DNA of 50,131 nt, filler included, from Sphacelaria rigidula (lineage: Eukaryota), in the NCBI GenBank assembly GCA_964200075.2. It is 3 parts of 3 records of this genome, joined end to end, with 100 filler letters (N's around TTAATTAATTAA, not from the genome) between each part and the next. Parts side by side here need not be neighbours in the genome. Positions count along the whole stretch, not along the records: positions 33,490 to 50,131 come from CAXNAA020001293.1; 2 more parts are not named here. The stretch is one strand, 5' to 3'. A program made the translations under genes and the position numbers. Each line of letters starts with the position of its first letter. Positions within the stretch are counted from its first letter, which is position 1. The notes under the pieces are model-generated. The model ran no database searches and was not told where the DNA came from. It worked only from the letters and a program-made list of their open reading frames with translations. Of this stretch, positions 35,100-47,700 are shown one piece after another.

Positions 35100-36700
35100 G
35101 GCCTCATCGGCCCCTCTCGGTAGCGGACCCGCCATGCATTCATCATACCGTTGATGTGCCGCGTTGCTCGCGGCCCCATCGCGCGAATGCCCTGTGCTGG
35201 CCGACCGTGAACGTCGCCGGATCCCTCTCTCGTGCGATGCGACTATTGAATTGCCGTCCGGTTCGCGAAGGAAGCTGCGGTGATATACTTGATTCCTGTC
35301 CGCACCCAACACTCAGTGCCAAGGAGCGGCAGATAGCGCCGACAACTGTTGACCAACATCCTCTACTAGTGCAAGGAATTGAGAACCGGAGCGGAAGCGG
35401 GCTCGACATTCCGAGATCTTCGACTGGCGTTGGAGCATCTCAGAGAGAGAGGTACGTCGCTGTCTGCTTGACTCGTCCCACGCTCCGGTACCGAGCGTGA
35501 CTCCATGTCTTCATTTGTCGAATGCAGTGGCGGAACATCTAGCCGTATCCGTTTGACCGCCGAGCCACCTTTCAGAAGAAATCATGGGAAAGGGGTGTTA
35601 TCCGAGGTACAGGTGTACGATGTGGATGATATCCTCCCGTCAATACAACCATAATGTAGGCATCTACGCGCTATTATGTTGGGCTCATATCAACAATGAT
35701 TTTTATCCCGCAGGGCATGACGCTTGTCGACTTGACTTCGCCCATCGCGGTGTTGCACAGACCCCGTCGACCAGTAAGTACACAGCCTGCACGAGCCCCT
35801 TGGAGTGGCACGGGGTGGTATAGCGTACATCTCCGGAAAGTGTTCAAGTGTCCAAACGAGACGCCGCATGCATGTTAAACAGTGCGTTACCTTGTGGCGT
35901 GCTGCGCGTGGTTCTGGGCTGGGTGTCGATGCAGCACCCGCAGTTCTCCGTCTGTCGTGATGGTGACGTATCGGGCGGTGGAACGGTTGACTGTGCACGT
36001 ATCTGCTCCGATATCCGCGCAGGTCGATGAAAGACTCGATGTCTTACCATTCTACGAGCGCCCGAAGACTGAGCATGGGCATGCTATCAAGCACCACTTG
36101 TATCACTTTCTTCTCCACGCACCTCGAAAGACGGAGACGAATGTTGGACCGCCACAAAAGATGGACGACACGATACTGGAATATTGGACTCAGTACGCCG
36201 CTGATGCATAGTCAAGAGGTCCAGGGGGTATATTCGAGTACACGCACAACTCCACCAGGAGTATCGCCAAGTATTTGGCTTCTGTGGCGGAGGAAAGTCT
36301 TAAACACGGGCACGCGAGTTGGAGCCGAGGTAAAGTGGCGGGCTAGCGATTTGTGCGAGTATGACGCTCATGAAACGTGTGTGTGTCCGTGAAAAATGTA
36401 TTGGTCACACCGGAACCCCACGAAGGAGCAGGCCACGCCCGCCGCGCGCAATAGTGATTTGGCGCGTGGCCCCCACGGCGGGGAACGCTGGAACGCGTTC
36501 CGGATGGACCCAAAAAGGGGCAACATAGACTTTTTGGGTGATCTGGGTGGTACCTCAGCAGCATTGATATTGCCAACCAACGCCGCCGAGAGAAATATGC
36601 TGCGGAGATCCCCGGCGTGGAAGTCGCTCAACCATGGCATAGGACCACGGACAGCGTGTACGATCCCCGTTGTTCAGCCCCCGGTTTAGTCGCCCACAGC
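35100..36700 (+). pseudogene. Decayed, apparently intron-containing transposase relic (NOF/MULE-like)
   Basis: Fragments WRWSISERE|WRNI*PYPFDRRATFQKKSWERGVIR|..ACRLDFAHRGV..AYISGKC, then DVSGG, HHLYHFLL, THNSTRSIAKYL, ASDLC. GT-AG introns are plausible at ~35452-35527 and ~35607-35713. Confidence 0.4.
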
Positions 36701-37104
36701 TGCACACATCTCATGATGGTGATGTACAAAAAAGGATCACCTCCGGCCACGCGTGTGGTGGCTATTGGTTTCTCTTCAGGGGGCAAGGGTGTGTGTGTGT
36801 GTGTGACCATGTTGACACGTTGTGGCTCCTCATGCCCGGCCCCTCATTGGATGTGCGACGTCTGCGATGTTCTCGGTATCACGGTTTGCGGGGTGATTGT
36901 AGCAAGTGGTTATGGAATGACGTGCGGGCGGCGGGAGTTTGTGGTTGGTCAATAGAGAGGATTTTTTGTTCGTTTGTTTGACTTCGTGTAATTACACATT
37001 TGTTTTTCAGCGAACTGTGAACTCACTACGGCTTCGACATTTGATTACATATTTTCCGGTGACCTCCGCTGGTATTGGGGGGGGGAGTTAGTAAAAAAAA
37101 ACAC

Positions 37105-38720
37105 AAAGCTTTTGGCCCTGACCTCAGCGTCTCAGCACAAACTTGACAATTACAACTCGAAATCGAGTATTTAGATTCGCTGGGGCATACTGCAAACCGA
37201 GCAAACCAGGCCCAGACTCTGTGTCAGTGACTCCAGCTCGTTCTCGTGAAGAAGAATGATATCCACCGCAGTAAACGGCCCTTAACTCAGCAAAAAAGTA
37301 AAACAGCAACATGTTTCATGCCTTCCGTTTTGTGCTAGCGATTTTCCACTCGGGGTTTTCAATCGCAGATACCCAAACCGGGCTGGGAAATGGCCCGCAG
37401 TATACTGTGCCAACATTAGACTCGCCCTGATTGTTACTCATCTATTATCGCGCCATTGTCGAAGGTTGAACTCGTGAAGTTGGCCTGGATAATGAACAAG
37501 GCACAGCAACAAAACAGTTGTGGTACGTCAAGGTTATTTTCGTCGAGAACCTGTGGAGATCTCGCTGAAAACTGGCTTTCGACATTTGCCTCAAACCTTC
37601 GCGTTGTACTTTGAAATTATGTATGAAGAGTCGCCAGGACATGTGATGCAACAAGCATGTTCAGGTCCTTGAGAACTGTTCATGACTGTTTTTGTGTGCA
37701 TGTATCGGAGGGGGGTCTTGGTGAAAAATGCACAAGTTTTTGGCCCCGACCTCAGTATATCAGGTCAATTTTTGTAAATTTGACTTGAAATCGAGTATTG
37801 AAAATCGCTTGGGCACGTCGAAAACAAAACTAACCCGGGCCTTTTTTTTTGGTGTAGGTATTTCAGCTCGTTCTCGTGATTTAAAAAAATACATATTTAC
37901 CTTAGTAAAACGCCCTTATCTCTACGCTTAAAAGTATACACGAGCATGTTGCTCTTGTTCGGTGTCCGCTAGCAATTTCCCACTCCGAATTTTATATCGC
38001 AAGTACCAACCAAAACCGGGCCGGTAAATGGCCTGCAATAAATTTTTCCTAAAATCGACTGGAACCGATGCTACATTTCCCATTATCTCGTCAATTTCGA
38101 GGGCTAGACTCCCAAAGTTGGCGTGAAGGATGACCACAACACGATTACAAAGAGCTCTTGGGGCGTGATGTTTTTGTTGTTGTCCGTGACCTACGGGCAT
38201 TTTCTGAATACTGGCATTTGAAATTTGCCTCAGAATGTGACGTACTTTGAAATATCGCACGGAGAGTAGAGAGGAAACAATAACTGAAAGGATTGCCCAG
38301 GTCATCCAGAAATGATCACGAAATGTTTTGATGCGCGTGCTGGGGGTGTATCAAAAATAAATTGCACACCATTTTCGGTCCTGACCTTACTATATTGTGG
38401 GTCAATTTTGACAAATATTGACTCAAAATGGAGCGATGCGTATCGCAGGGGCCTATCGCAAACAAAACCGGTACTGCACCTTTGTTGGTATTGGTGCGTT
38501 CACGTCGTTCTCGGGGGGGAAAATGATAATTACCGTATTAAAGCGTCCCTGAGCCGTCAAGAAAGCATCAGATAAGCATGTTCCATTTTTTTCGCCATGT
38601 GCAAGCGATTTCCCATTCCGAATTTGAAGTTACAAGTACAAGACCGAGGTGGTCAGGGGCGTGCGGTATGATGTGCCGAAATTTAAGCAACCCTGATTAT
38701 CGAGTCAACCATTCTCGCGT
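37105..38720. repeat. Diverged ~630-bp tandem repeat, about 2.5 units
   Basis: Unit starts TTTTGGCCCTGACCTCAG (~37110), TTTTGGCCCCGACCTCAG (~37738) and TTTTCGGTCCTGACCTTAC (~38372), with colinear downstream motifs. Confidence 0.75.
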
Positions 38721-39119
38721 AAAATACGGTTTGGTCTCGCAAAGTTGGCATAGGGACTAAAGAGGACACGATGACAACACCCCCTCTTGGGACGTAAACA
38801 TTCTTTTTGTCACGAGCTACGAAGATCTCTTTTTCCCCAACTGGTGGCGACGAAACCAATGCGCGTAGCGGGCACGGGCATGGGTCAGGCACAACTGGTG
38901 AGGCTTCGTGCCATGTGGATTTCAACGTCATGTTATTCCTACTTTGAAACCTAATGGTGACAGGACGGTGGCCGTGCGTCATTTTATCGTAGCGGCCCAT
39001 CGTGTCGCCGCGATATATACCTTATCGCCACAAGTTATCGCGCAATCGCAGATGTACACCCGCCTACTCTTTCGATCGTACATGAGGAGCGTCCTCCAAC
39101 GTATGAGTTTCGTCCTCGC

Positions 39120-40400
39120 TGGCTATGATACCCGGTGCCAGGTTCTTCAACTGCGCTTGCAGGCGCACGTTGGGTGCTTCGCTCTGCCCCTTGAGACTGC
39201 CACCTACGTTTTTCTTTGTGGCCTCTCAGCTGCGCGACCGTGAGGTTTGCGAACGAGATCTCCGTCAGCTATAATAGACACACCGCTCCCTTTGAAGCTG
39301 AACTGCCTCCGCCCGTCCTACCACACCCTTTACTTCATCTGGAAGGTTTCCCATGTATGTGAACCTATTATTACTGTTATTTTGGTCGCACTTTGAGCCC
39401 CTCCCCTTCCTCGGGATGATTCCGTGATTCCAAGGGATCAACCCATCTCTCCCCCCGTACTGGAGGATGAAATTCGAAAAGGCATGGTGAGAGCCGGCCT
39501 CCGAACGCCACACCAGCTGGAAAAAATACGATGTGGTCAGCGACAGACTCTTCCCCTCGAATACTCCATTCCGATCGACTACTTCCGTCTCTCATCCACG
39601 CATGTTCGACGGAGCACTTCGAGCGAAATCATGGACGTCGACATACTTCTCAGCATTGAACAACGGCAGGAAGAGGTCGCGATCGCGAACACTCCGGCGA
39701 ATGTGAGTAAAAGCGGTGCTGAGGAGCCACCCCGGCACGACGAACAACGCAGCGGCGTGATCCCGATGCACTTCGAAGCCACCCCTTCGGATACCTGAAG
39801 ACGACGACGTTTGCGTTATCGACCGCCGTCATTGGCGTCTCGTGGAAGACCTGTGTGGCGGCACCCAAACGGTTGCAGAGGAAGGCCGGACGGAAGTAAG
39901 TGGAGTTGCGCGATTGACATTTGGACAGTGTATGTTCTCATTACTACGGCGCGGCGACACCTGGCGTCGTACACGGCGTGGTTCCTTCGCCTCGGAAATG
40001 GCATCCAAAATGTGAAACCCTAAGGGGCAGCAGCGGCGCGTTCATAACCTGATTCTGTGCACGGTCTCCACGTGTTGAATTGACCGAAGCCTAACGTGGC
40101 GTCACGGTCGGAACAAATCGGGGGGGTTTAGGTGATGAAAACGGATTAGCACAATTCCCTGGAATTGTTCTTCACCTGGACCTCAACCTTTCGGTGATTG
40201 GAAACCAAATTTTGCATGGCGCATAATAGTGATCAATAGCTACCAGGAGGTGCAAAAATGCACAATATTTGAAGAACTGGTGTGAACAGGAGGGCTTTTA
40301 TATTCGGGGTTTTCGTCCTCGAAGACAAGCTCCATCAGGACTGCATGAAACAAAATTCTCGATTCGTAGGCCCCAAGCTTGATAATTTGAGTTTTCGAGG
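39120..40400 (+). pseudogene. Relics of a PHD-type zinc finger and a Ulp1/peptidase C48-like domain within the TIR element
   Basis: C..(C)..QAHVGC-x9-VFLCG at ~39135-39225. FSLLRRGDTW (~39935), IPWNCSS/(H)WTSTF (~40154, across a frameshift), RIIVINS and KQ..DS(*)GP (~40350-40375) occur in the expected order. Confidence 0.4.
39362..39460 (-). mobile_element. 3' fragment of SINE family B or its partner LINE, inserted in the TIR element
   Basis: Reverse complement of the 33860-33940 motif, with a (TAA)-rich tail. Confidence 0.7.
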
Positions 40401-41281
40401 GGGGGTTGGGGGGGGCAATACCCAGCCTGTTATCCCCTACTTCATAGCCGAGGCTCTTGTGGATGCAGTCGGCTGCTGTGTACACAGATCCTCGGCATGG
40501 AGGCCACCACATAGCTCAACGTGTGTGACATATATCATTCACCATGATTATATTTATGGGATCATGTTACGTGTCGAGTGCCTCGAGTACCTACCAGCAG
40601 TCCGGGCAAGTTTGGCTCGGCGTGAGATAATGTTGCTACTTTGGCTACAGGCTATCACTTGCATGCGCTCGTGTGCATACATGTGTGTGAGTGTTGCCGA
40701 TATCCGAGGTCATCGGGACAGAGCGGGCAACGAGCAGAAGCAAGTATACGAACGTCGCAAAGCCCATCAAACTATTCGGTTTTTGTCAGTGTTTCTCGAT
40801 AATTTTCTTGAACACTATCAACAAAAAACATCACAAAGATCATGACATTTTCCGAAAAAAATTCCGAAAAAATCATCTCCGCGAGGGGATGGAGGGGCGG
40901 TTTCGTGTTCAGAAATTTCCTTCCAACATACCGTTGGCTCCATCCTCAGAGCAATGCCACGGTAAGTGGATAGGGCTGCACTTGATTTTTCTGAGGCTCT
41001 TCCCTGTGGGAGCCCCTCGATGACAAGTATATGGGCCTTAGTATGCCGCCTCGGAAAACTTTTGGGCTGAAAAGTGCATCCTCACCGTCGCATTACTCCT
41101 CAGTATCATGATCGACTTTTACCGTGTAATGCTGCACAAGCACGGTGGGGACGGAACGGTATACGCAAGAAAGGTCTACGCCGTGCCCCTTCGCGAAGGG
41201 TGGTTAGGTCGCTCCTTGTAGCAAACATACAAGAGTCTTGTGAAAATACTTTTTTGGTCATTCTTCGTCGTTTCATGCTCT

Positions 41282-41547
41282 AAAAGAGAGCTACGTGGAG
41301 CTTGACACCATGGAATGACTTGCTCCTCTCGGTGAGACGGCTCCCGAACATCTTAGAGAACGGTCAAGAACGAACAATTCTAGAAAAAAACTGTTTTTTT
41401 TCTCTGGACTTGACCATCGTAAGACACAACTTCTTGTTTGGCAACAATAAAAACTGCCGCAACTAAAAAAGGCGAATATGTCTTGAAATCGCCTCAACTA
41501 GTAGAGCAAGTCATTCCAAATCGTCAACCTCCGCCTAGCTCTCTTTT
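41282..41547. mobile_element. Small MITE-like inverted-repeat element nested in the large element
   Basis: AAAAGAGAGCTACGTGGAGCTTGAC..TGGAATGACTTGCTC vs GAGCAAGTCATTCCA..GTCAACCTCCGCCTAGCTCTCTTTT. Confidence 0.7.
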
Positions 41548-43623
41548 TGGGCGTCAAACAACCAGAAAATACCTAAAAAGCATGTTCGGAGGACTTGTTC
41601 TTCGTTCGCTATAACGAGCGGCCTCATTGAGACAGCAGATATATTTGCAGCAACACGAGTTAGGGTCAACCATAAAAACAAAACGTTTTTATCGAACCGA
41701 ACGAGCGCAGCGGGATGACCTGCTTCGATTTCCCCGGTGTCTCTAACTTGGTACTGTACAATGCGGGACAACAGTCCAGTCCAGTACAAATGTACTGCAT
41801 AGTCGGACCGTCTCTCGAAGTAAAGAGTGCAAACCGTATTCAACACGTACATTTTATATATGTATATATATGTTGGCGGAAGAAAATGCCTCGAGGAAAC
41901 GAAGTGTGTAAAAAACAGCACAGCCAATAAGATAGCACATCAATGAAAGCACAGTACGAGAGTGCATCAGGCAAGGGCAAGGCGACTCGTTTCACCGTTT
42001 CACCGTTTTACAGCGTCATGTACGATGTAACAAAAGCCTGGGCGGGTTCGGGCAGACAACGCGCGCCGTTCTCGACGCACCGCGGGTCCATCGGCCCAAA
42101 CATTTGCACAGCACCGGCCGACTGCAGGACAAAGCACGTGCCGCCGCCGCCCCTGCCGCAACCCACGCAGAATAACTCGAATACTCTGGCTGCACGTGAG
42201 GGGTATGCGGCTACAAATCGCTGCGTGTAGAGCACACATGCCACCGGAGGCAACACTTTCGTCACTCACCGGATGTATTGGGAAGTTCCCACGTGCTCAA
42301 GTACTTCCACACGTTGTAGCAACAGCCTTGTGCGCTCCTCGCGTTTTTCCGTCCGCTGGTGCTGCGGCGGTAGCAGATGATATGGTGGACAACTACGCCA
42401 GGTCTGCAGTGCTTGCCGCGCGCAGTTGCCATGTTCTAAAAGTCCTCAATCTGGGTCACGGTGGGTCACGGATGGTGACAAATTTCTCAGTGAGTGCACT
42501 ACCTGTGCTATATATGTCATAACCTTTGATTCAGGTCATTTCGCTATTGAAATCACCGTTATGTCGGGAACACGAATGTGTGTTGTAATCCGTCAACCAT
42601 ACTACTTTTGTGGAAGCCGTTTACGAGTCAGATAGCAGTCTGCTGGGGCGGTGGCCCTCGCGCTAACAACGGCAGCGGTGTGGAATGTGAATCTTTCATG
42701 AAACGATGGCTGGATACTGTCGAAAAAGTGGACCAATGGTGGAGTATGTAAGCAAGATTTGCCTGTCCCGGCGATCCGCTCCGTGGTGCAGCACTTGTAC
42801 TCTTATATCGAGGCATGAACACACACGAATTGTGGCGGGTTTCGAAAAACACATGATCGGCTAGCTTTTCCAATACTGCACGCCAGATCGTACTCTGCAA
42901 AACCGCCTGACAGTGCCCATGCATTATTTGGGCATCATATTCATGTTAATCGACGTCTGTCGGGCGTAGTCGTCTATCTGTCGGCGCTCAAAGCGTCAAC
43001 TCCTCAAATCCCTACGGTCGTCCATTTGTTGTCTCGACATTATGTCCACTTGGAATATGTGTCCCAGAATAGGTGTCCATCTGTGTGGGCACAAAAGGCT
43101 ACTATTGTGGAGTAGTGTTGCGTCGCGAAAAGGACCCGCGATCTGAGGGAACGCCTCCGTATACTTCATGTTTCGATCACGAACAGAATCTACGATGCCC
43201 TTCTCCCCTAAAACATAGAGTCTCAAGCTACGAGCTGGACCGGCGCAGGGAATAATATCCCGTCCACCCAACATTCCTCAAGGATGGCGGCGGCGAGATA
43301 TATCCCAAGTGAAGACATCCCTGTGATCTGTGATCAGAAGGTCGCTATGCGTGTTTCCTCACAGCTTTTAGTGTACTTGAGTGTGTTCACAAAAACAAAT
43401 GTCGCGTTTCGATAATATATTGGGTTGAGTACAGGGGAGAACTGCCAAAAAATGAGGCGGAAATCGTCGAAGAAATTCGGCAGGACTCTTTGTGCTGGAA
43501 TCTCTTATGTGACCCTTTCCTTGCATCACCCACACGCGCTGCGCACTCTCTGGGTCTTGGCGTCGAGCTCACCGAGTGATCAGCGCTGGTAGAAGCACCA
43601 CCACGATAGGGGGAAGGTCAAAT

Positions 43624-43676
43624 GGCTGTTAAGGCTGTTAAGGCTGTTAAGGCTGTTAAGGCTGTTAAGGCTAAGG
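43624..43676. repeat. (GGCTGTTAA)5+ 9-bp tandem repeat
   Basis: Five perfect units are visible. Confidence 0.95.
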
Positions 43677-43826
43677 TACACAAGACCAAAGACGCGGCCT
43701 GTTACGTACACGGCAAAACCGTGCGTTTACTCTTGAAAATAGATAGGGCTGTGAATTGGCTGCTCTGGACACTTAAGTTTCAACCGGCCGCGACAGCGGC
43801 CAGTACATCGATGTTTTCCCAGTTAA

Positions 43827-43985
43827 ATCTTTCGTGACCGGACTCCCAGAAACGTGGCGTTTGCACGCGGGGGCCTTTCCGTGAATCGGAATCATTTTTA
43901 CTTGAAAACGACTAAAATAACCCCGATTCACGAAGAGACCCTCGTGTGTAAACACCAGGTTTCTGGGAGTCCGGTCACAAAAGGG
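43827..43985. mobile_element. piggyBac-type palindromic MITE, 159 bp
   Basis: Flanked by TTAA at 43823-43826 and 43986-43989; right end ...AAAAGGG; arms GTGACCGGACTCCCAGAAAC / GTTTCTGGGAGTCCGGTCAC. Confidence 0.85.
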
Positions 43986-44049
43986 TTAATCGGCTGCGCC
44001 GATGAAGTGGAAAAACATGGGCGGCGAGCGGCGAAGCCGCGAGCCACAA

Positions 44050-44275
44050 GCGCCCCCCCCCCCCCCCCCCCCCGCCCGCGGGGGGCGTCGGGGGGGCGGG
44101 CCGGGGGGGGGACGAGGAGGGGGGGCCGATGTGTTTTTGTTGAGTGATTTANNNNNNNNNNAGAGGGGTGAACCGCGGCGGCCGAGGAGGGGGAAACCCA
44201 CGGGCGGGGGCGGGCGCGGGCGGGCCCCCCAGCCCCCCCCCCCCCCCCCCCCCCGGCTATTGAGGGGGCCTCGCG
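44050..44275. other. Low-complexity G/C-run region around a 10-N gap; sequence quality doubtful
   Basis: Long C and G homopolymers flank Ns at 44152-44161. Confidence 0.7.
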
Positions 44276-44559
44276 GGAGCGCCGCCGGAGGCGAAACAAG
44301 GCGTTATTTGACTTGTTTTTCCTTCAAAAATGTAGAAAATTGTAGAAAATGTGACCCCTCACCTTGAGCAGCTAAAAGTCTGACATGACATTGAAATCGC
44401 ATTCAAAGCGGTGTGCGATTCGAACATCATTATTCTGTCATACGCAGCAGCAGACTCTCCGTTAGGAGAGAAGGATGGAAACAAGCCAGGGCTGGCAGCA
44501 CGCGGGGATGAGGTATGCTGAAAAAAAAAAAAATCAATTTCGTGGGGGGGCAGAGAGGT

Positions 44560-44730
44560 TCGGGCGTTCTCGTAAAAAAATGGTCGTTACCATACTAAAA
44601 CGCCCTAAACTAGTGGGAAAAAAAACTGACCCACTTCTTTGGTTCTACACAAAAATTCAATACACAAACACCAAACCTGGGCTGGTAAGTGGCCTGCAAT
44701 ATACTGTTCCGAATTTTCACTGATCCGGAT
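44560..44730 (+). repeat. Dispersed partial copy of the ~630-bp repeat unit
   Basis: cgttctcgt...taaaacgccct...ccaaa.c.gggc.ggtaa.tggcctgcaata matches 37869-38040. Confidence 0.6.
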
Positions 44731-47700
44731 TTTAAACGGCCCATTCGCAATTTAATGCTTACAGTCGGACCCTAAAATTTGGTATGGACAACCAATGGGC
44801 AAAATAAAAAAAGTTATGCGTGGACCCAAAGATTTTTTTCTTGTCATGAGTTGAAGGCAATAACCAGTTTTCAGGTTTCGGTGAAATGCCGTTATACCAT
44901 GAAGATTTCTTTTTCGGGTCCATGCATAATTTTTTTATTATGCCCTACTGATTGTCCAAACAAAATTTTAGGGTCAAACTCCAAGTATCAAATTGAGAAT
45001 GGACCTGCAAACTCCAAATCCGCTCCAAGGCTAGCTCAGCTCGTACCACCAGTACTATCTGTACCACTGCTCAAGCAAAAGCGGCAATACGCGGCGCAAC
45101 ATTCCGAGTTTCGGACTGAAATTTTGACAGTAGATTTACAACACATGGACATACCTTCAGCCGGAGGTCACTTCACGATTTTTTTGTTACTGTTTTCGCA
45201 CTGTGTTAAGGGGGCTGACGACACCTCAAAAACGTGGATCTTGCGGAAATGGAGTAGAAGCAACAATTGCAAAGTGATGTCAAATAGATGGTGGGCATGT
45301 GCGGTGTTGATCTACTGTTCAAACTTCACTCCGAAATTCGGAAAATTGCGCCGCGCATGCCCAGTGGACGGTTTTGGCGATGTGTTTGCGGGCCCAGCTC
45401 GTGGCTATAGCTCACGCCAAACCCTCTCTCGGTGTAATCTTTCAAGCGACACACCCCCTCTTCACAGCACAGCATAGTCACCACAGCATACCGTGCGCCC
45501 TTTCGAATATGGTGACGTTACAGGTACTGCCCACCAACGTGGCTCACGCGCATTAAGTATGCCTACTGCCGTATTACGTTGACTAACCTTACAGTGTATT
45601 GTACACACTGTGCGCCCAGGTATATGCTCACGATTTTTCATCGTAATATTGTATCGCACTTGGGCATACCAACACCCCGGTTCATAGATTTGGCAGTAAC
45701 CAGGGTAAACAGCTCTACGACCCAGTGGATGTAAAGTTCTTTGAGACTTCACTATTCAAGACTGACCTTATACAGAGGAGGCGCCAAGATGGCTGCAGCA
45801 TCCAAGACTCGTCGATATACCAGAGACATTTCACTACTGTCCCGTGTGACAGGAACGCTGCGGCAGGGCAGAAGTGATGACAGAGCGCACACCTCTTCAT
45901 CCCAGTTGCTTCGTTTGGTTCGGGAGACACGCTATTTTCGCTCGTCTCCGTGAAATGGCGTCGGGAGGCGTGCGAATATCCTCGAGGTCTGTCCAATGTA
46001 CGGTATTCACAGACGCGTTTTCTGAGTTCCGCTGCCGTCGTGTAATTGCTCATAACCATGGCGCAGATACTACCGTAGTCGACTGGATCTTGTAGGTTTA
46101 GTTTAGGCGGATCTGGACTCTGGACTCACTACATGTTTTCCCCCCGCGACGGTCGTGATGTTCTCCATGCTAGTACTAGTATGTACGATCATAGCCGAGC
46201 CAAAGCCACGCTTGAGCTTCCCATGCAGGCGGATCCATATAAGCTGCCCAAGCCAGGCGGGCATCTGATATCCACTACGCTGGATACTGAATTTGTGCGC
46301 TCATGCTTTGAACAAACGTTTCAGTCTTGTAGCGAGAGCTGCAGTGCATTCTCTGCACACCGTGACGGCACCCCGCACAGTTAGAGGATATCAATAACCG
46401 GTCAGTGCAATGATGTGAAGATCATTCTCCAAAGTTCTTCAAAGTGCCCCGTATCTCGAGATGAGTATAACATGCCTGCCCTAAGTTTGTCGCGACTTTC
46501 GTGGGTATTTCTTCCCCGATTCCTTGCCTTGAGATGCGCAACATTTGCGGAGGGGGATTGTGTGCGCGCATTGGTCAGGACCCTCTGGGTCAGAGGGGAA
46601 GGAGGACTTGAATCTTTATGGTACGCTCTCTGTTTGTCTCTAGTGTACCGGGCGGCACAATATACGTGTTTCCTGCGAATATTACCTACATATGATCAAT
46701 TGCTATGTTTCAACACTGCTATTCTGAAGTTGTTTGGTGTTAAAATACTGCATGTAGAAGTCGAGTGTTTCCTGCTCATGCTTTCAGCCGGAATTTGTTG
46801 CCCGGATACACATGAAGAAAGGCAAGTTATTTTCCCTGTATCGCCGTATATAGGTGATACTTACAGCTTGCGTGGTTGTTCTGTTCCCCTGGTGTCGGAA
46901 GGTAACCAACTGATACTTCATTGCCGAAAAACTACATGCTACATGCTACATGCTACAGCTCCAAAACATCGACCCAAGTCTGTGTGGTTTACCACTACCT
47001 TTTTACTACATCGACAACTATAACTTGCCGCTGCCTGTATCGATACTCACTATCGATACTCATTATGGGGCAACAGATGATACATGAAGTGCTTGCTGAA
47101 CTGGCACAGAGAAAAGCAAGGTCAGCGTCCAAACAATACTACAATAACCGTAGCCAAACCTCTGGCCCGGCCTACTACGTGCGAATCCACCACAGTAAGA
47201 GTTATCTACAAGTAAAAACGCATGATTTGTACGTGTACTTTTTCCAAAGATCTGTTTCACCGTATGTCTTCTGTAACGGCCGTTTCGTCAATATCCATCT
47301 GATTCACACGCTGGACAGCTCATGGGATACCTAATGTAAGTAATCGAACAGACTCGTACTAATAATACCCCTTTTCCAAGAACGCAAAATACGTCACCAC
47401 GGGGTCACAAAAGCCAAAGCGCTACCTTTGCGGTACTAGGCGTGCTCGGCGTCCAGCGCTGCAGGGAGGAAATATGGAAGAAGGGGCCAAATCCCGATCA
47501 ATACACTATTCTAGGAAGAAGAAATACCGAAGCAGCTCATGAGATGTCCGACGTGTGACATGTTGCCATAATCCACTTCACGTGTCCGACTCGCCGCTTG
47601 CGCCGCCGTTCCAAATTTCGTAGGAGCACAACTACCGCTAGCCCACTTCAGTGGCGCAGCGTTACAAGGAAAGGAAGCGGCTGAACAGACATTCTCAGCA

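Larger units (their letters stand above)
34372..42471 (+). mobile_element. 8.1-kb DNA transposon with ~720-bp terminal inverted repeats (MULE/FB-NOF-like, decayed)
   Basis: 34372-35088 is the reverse complement of 41748-42471, with termini CYGTGACCCACCGTGACCCAG and flanks ATGGG/ATGGT. Degenerate plus-strand coding relics lie inside. The superfamily call is an inference. Confidence 0.8.

Noticed and set aside
34372-42471. Polinton or endogenous virophage (long TIRs, short TSD)
   Set aside because: No pPolB, packaging ATPase, capsid or retroviral-type integrase motifs were seen; the relics fit a cut-and-paste transposon better.
43928-44367. Gly/Pro-rich ORFs
   Set aside because: They derive from homopolymer runs around an N gap and are probably low-quality sequence.
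44779-47023. 232-aa (44779) and 202-aa (46415) ORFs as genes
   Set aside because: They have non-ATG starts and no recognisable domain, and I could not build a phase-consistent exon chain. Exons here are not excluded.
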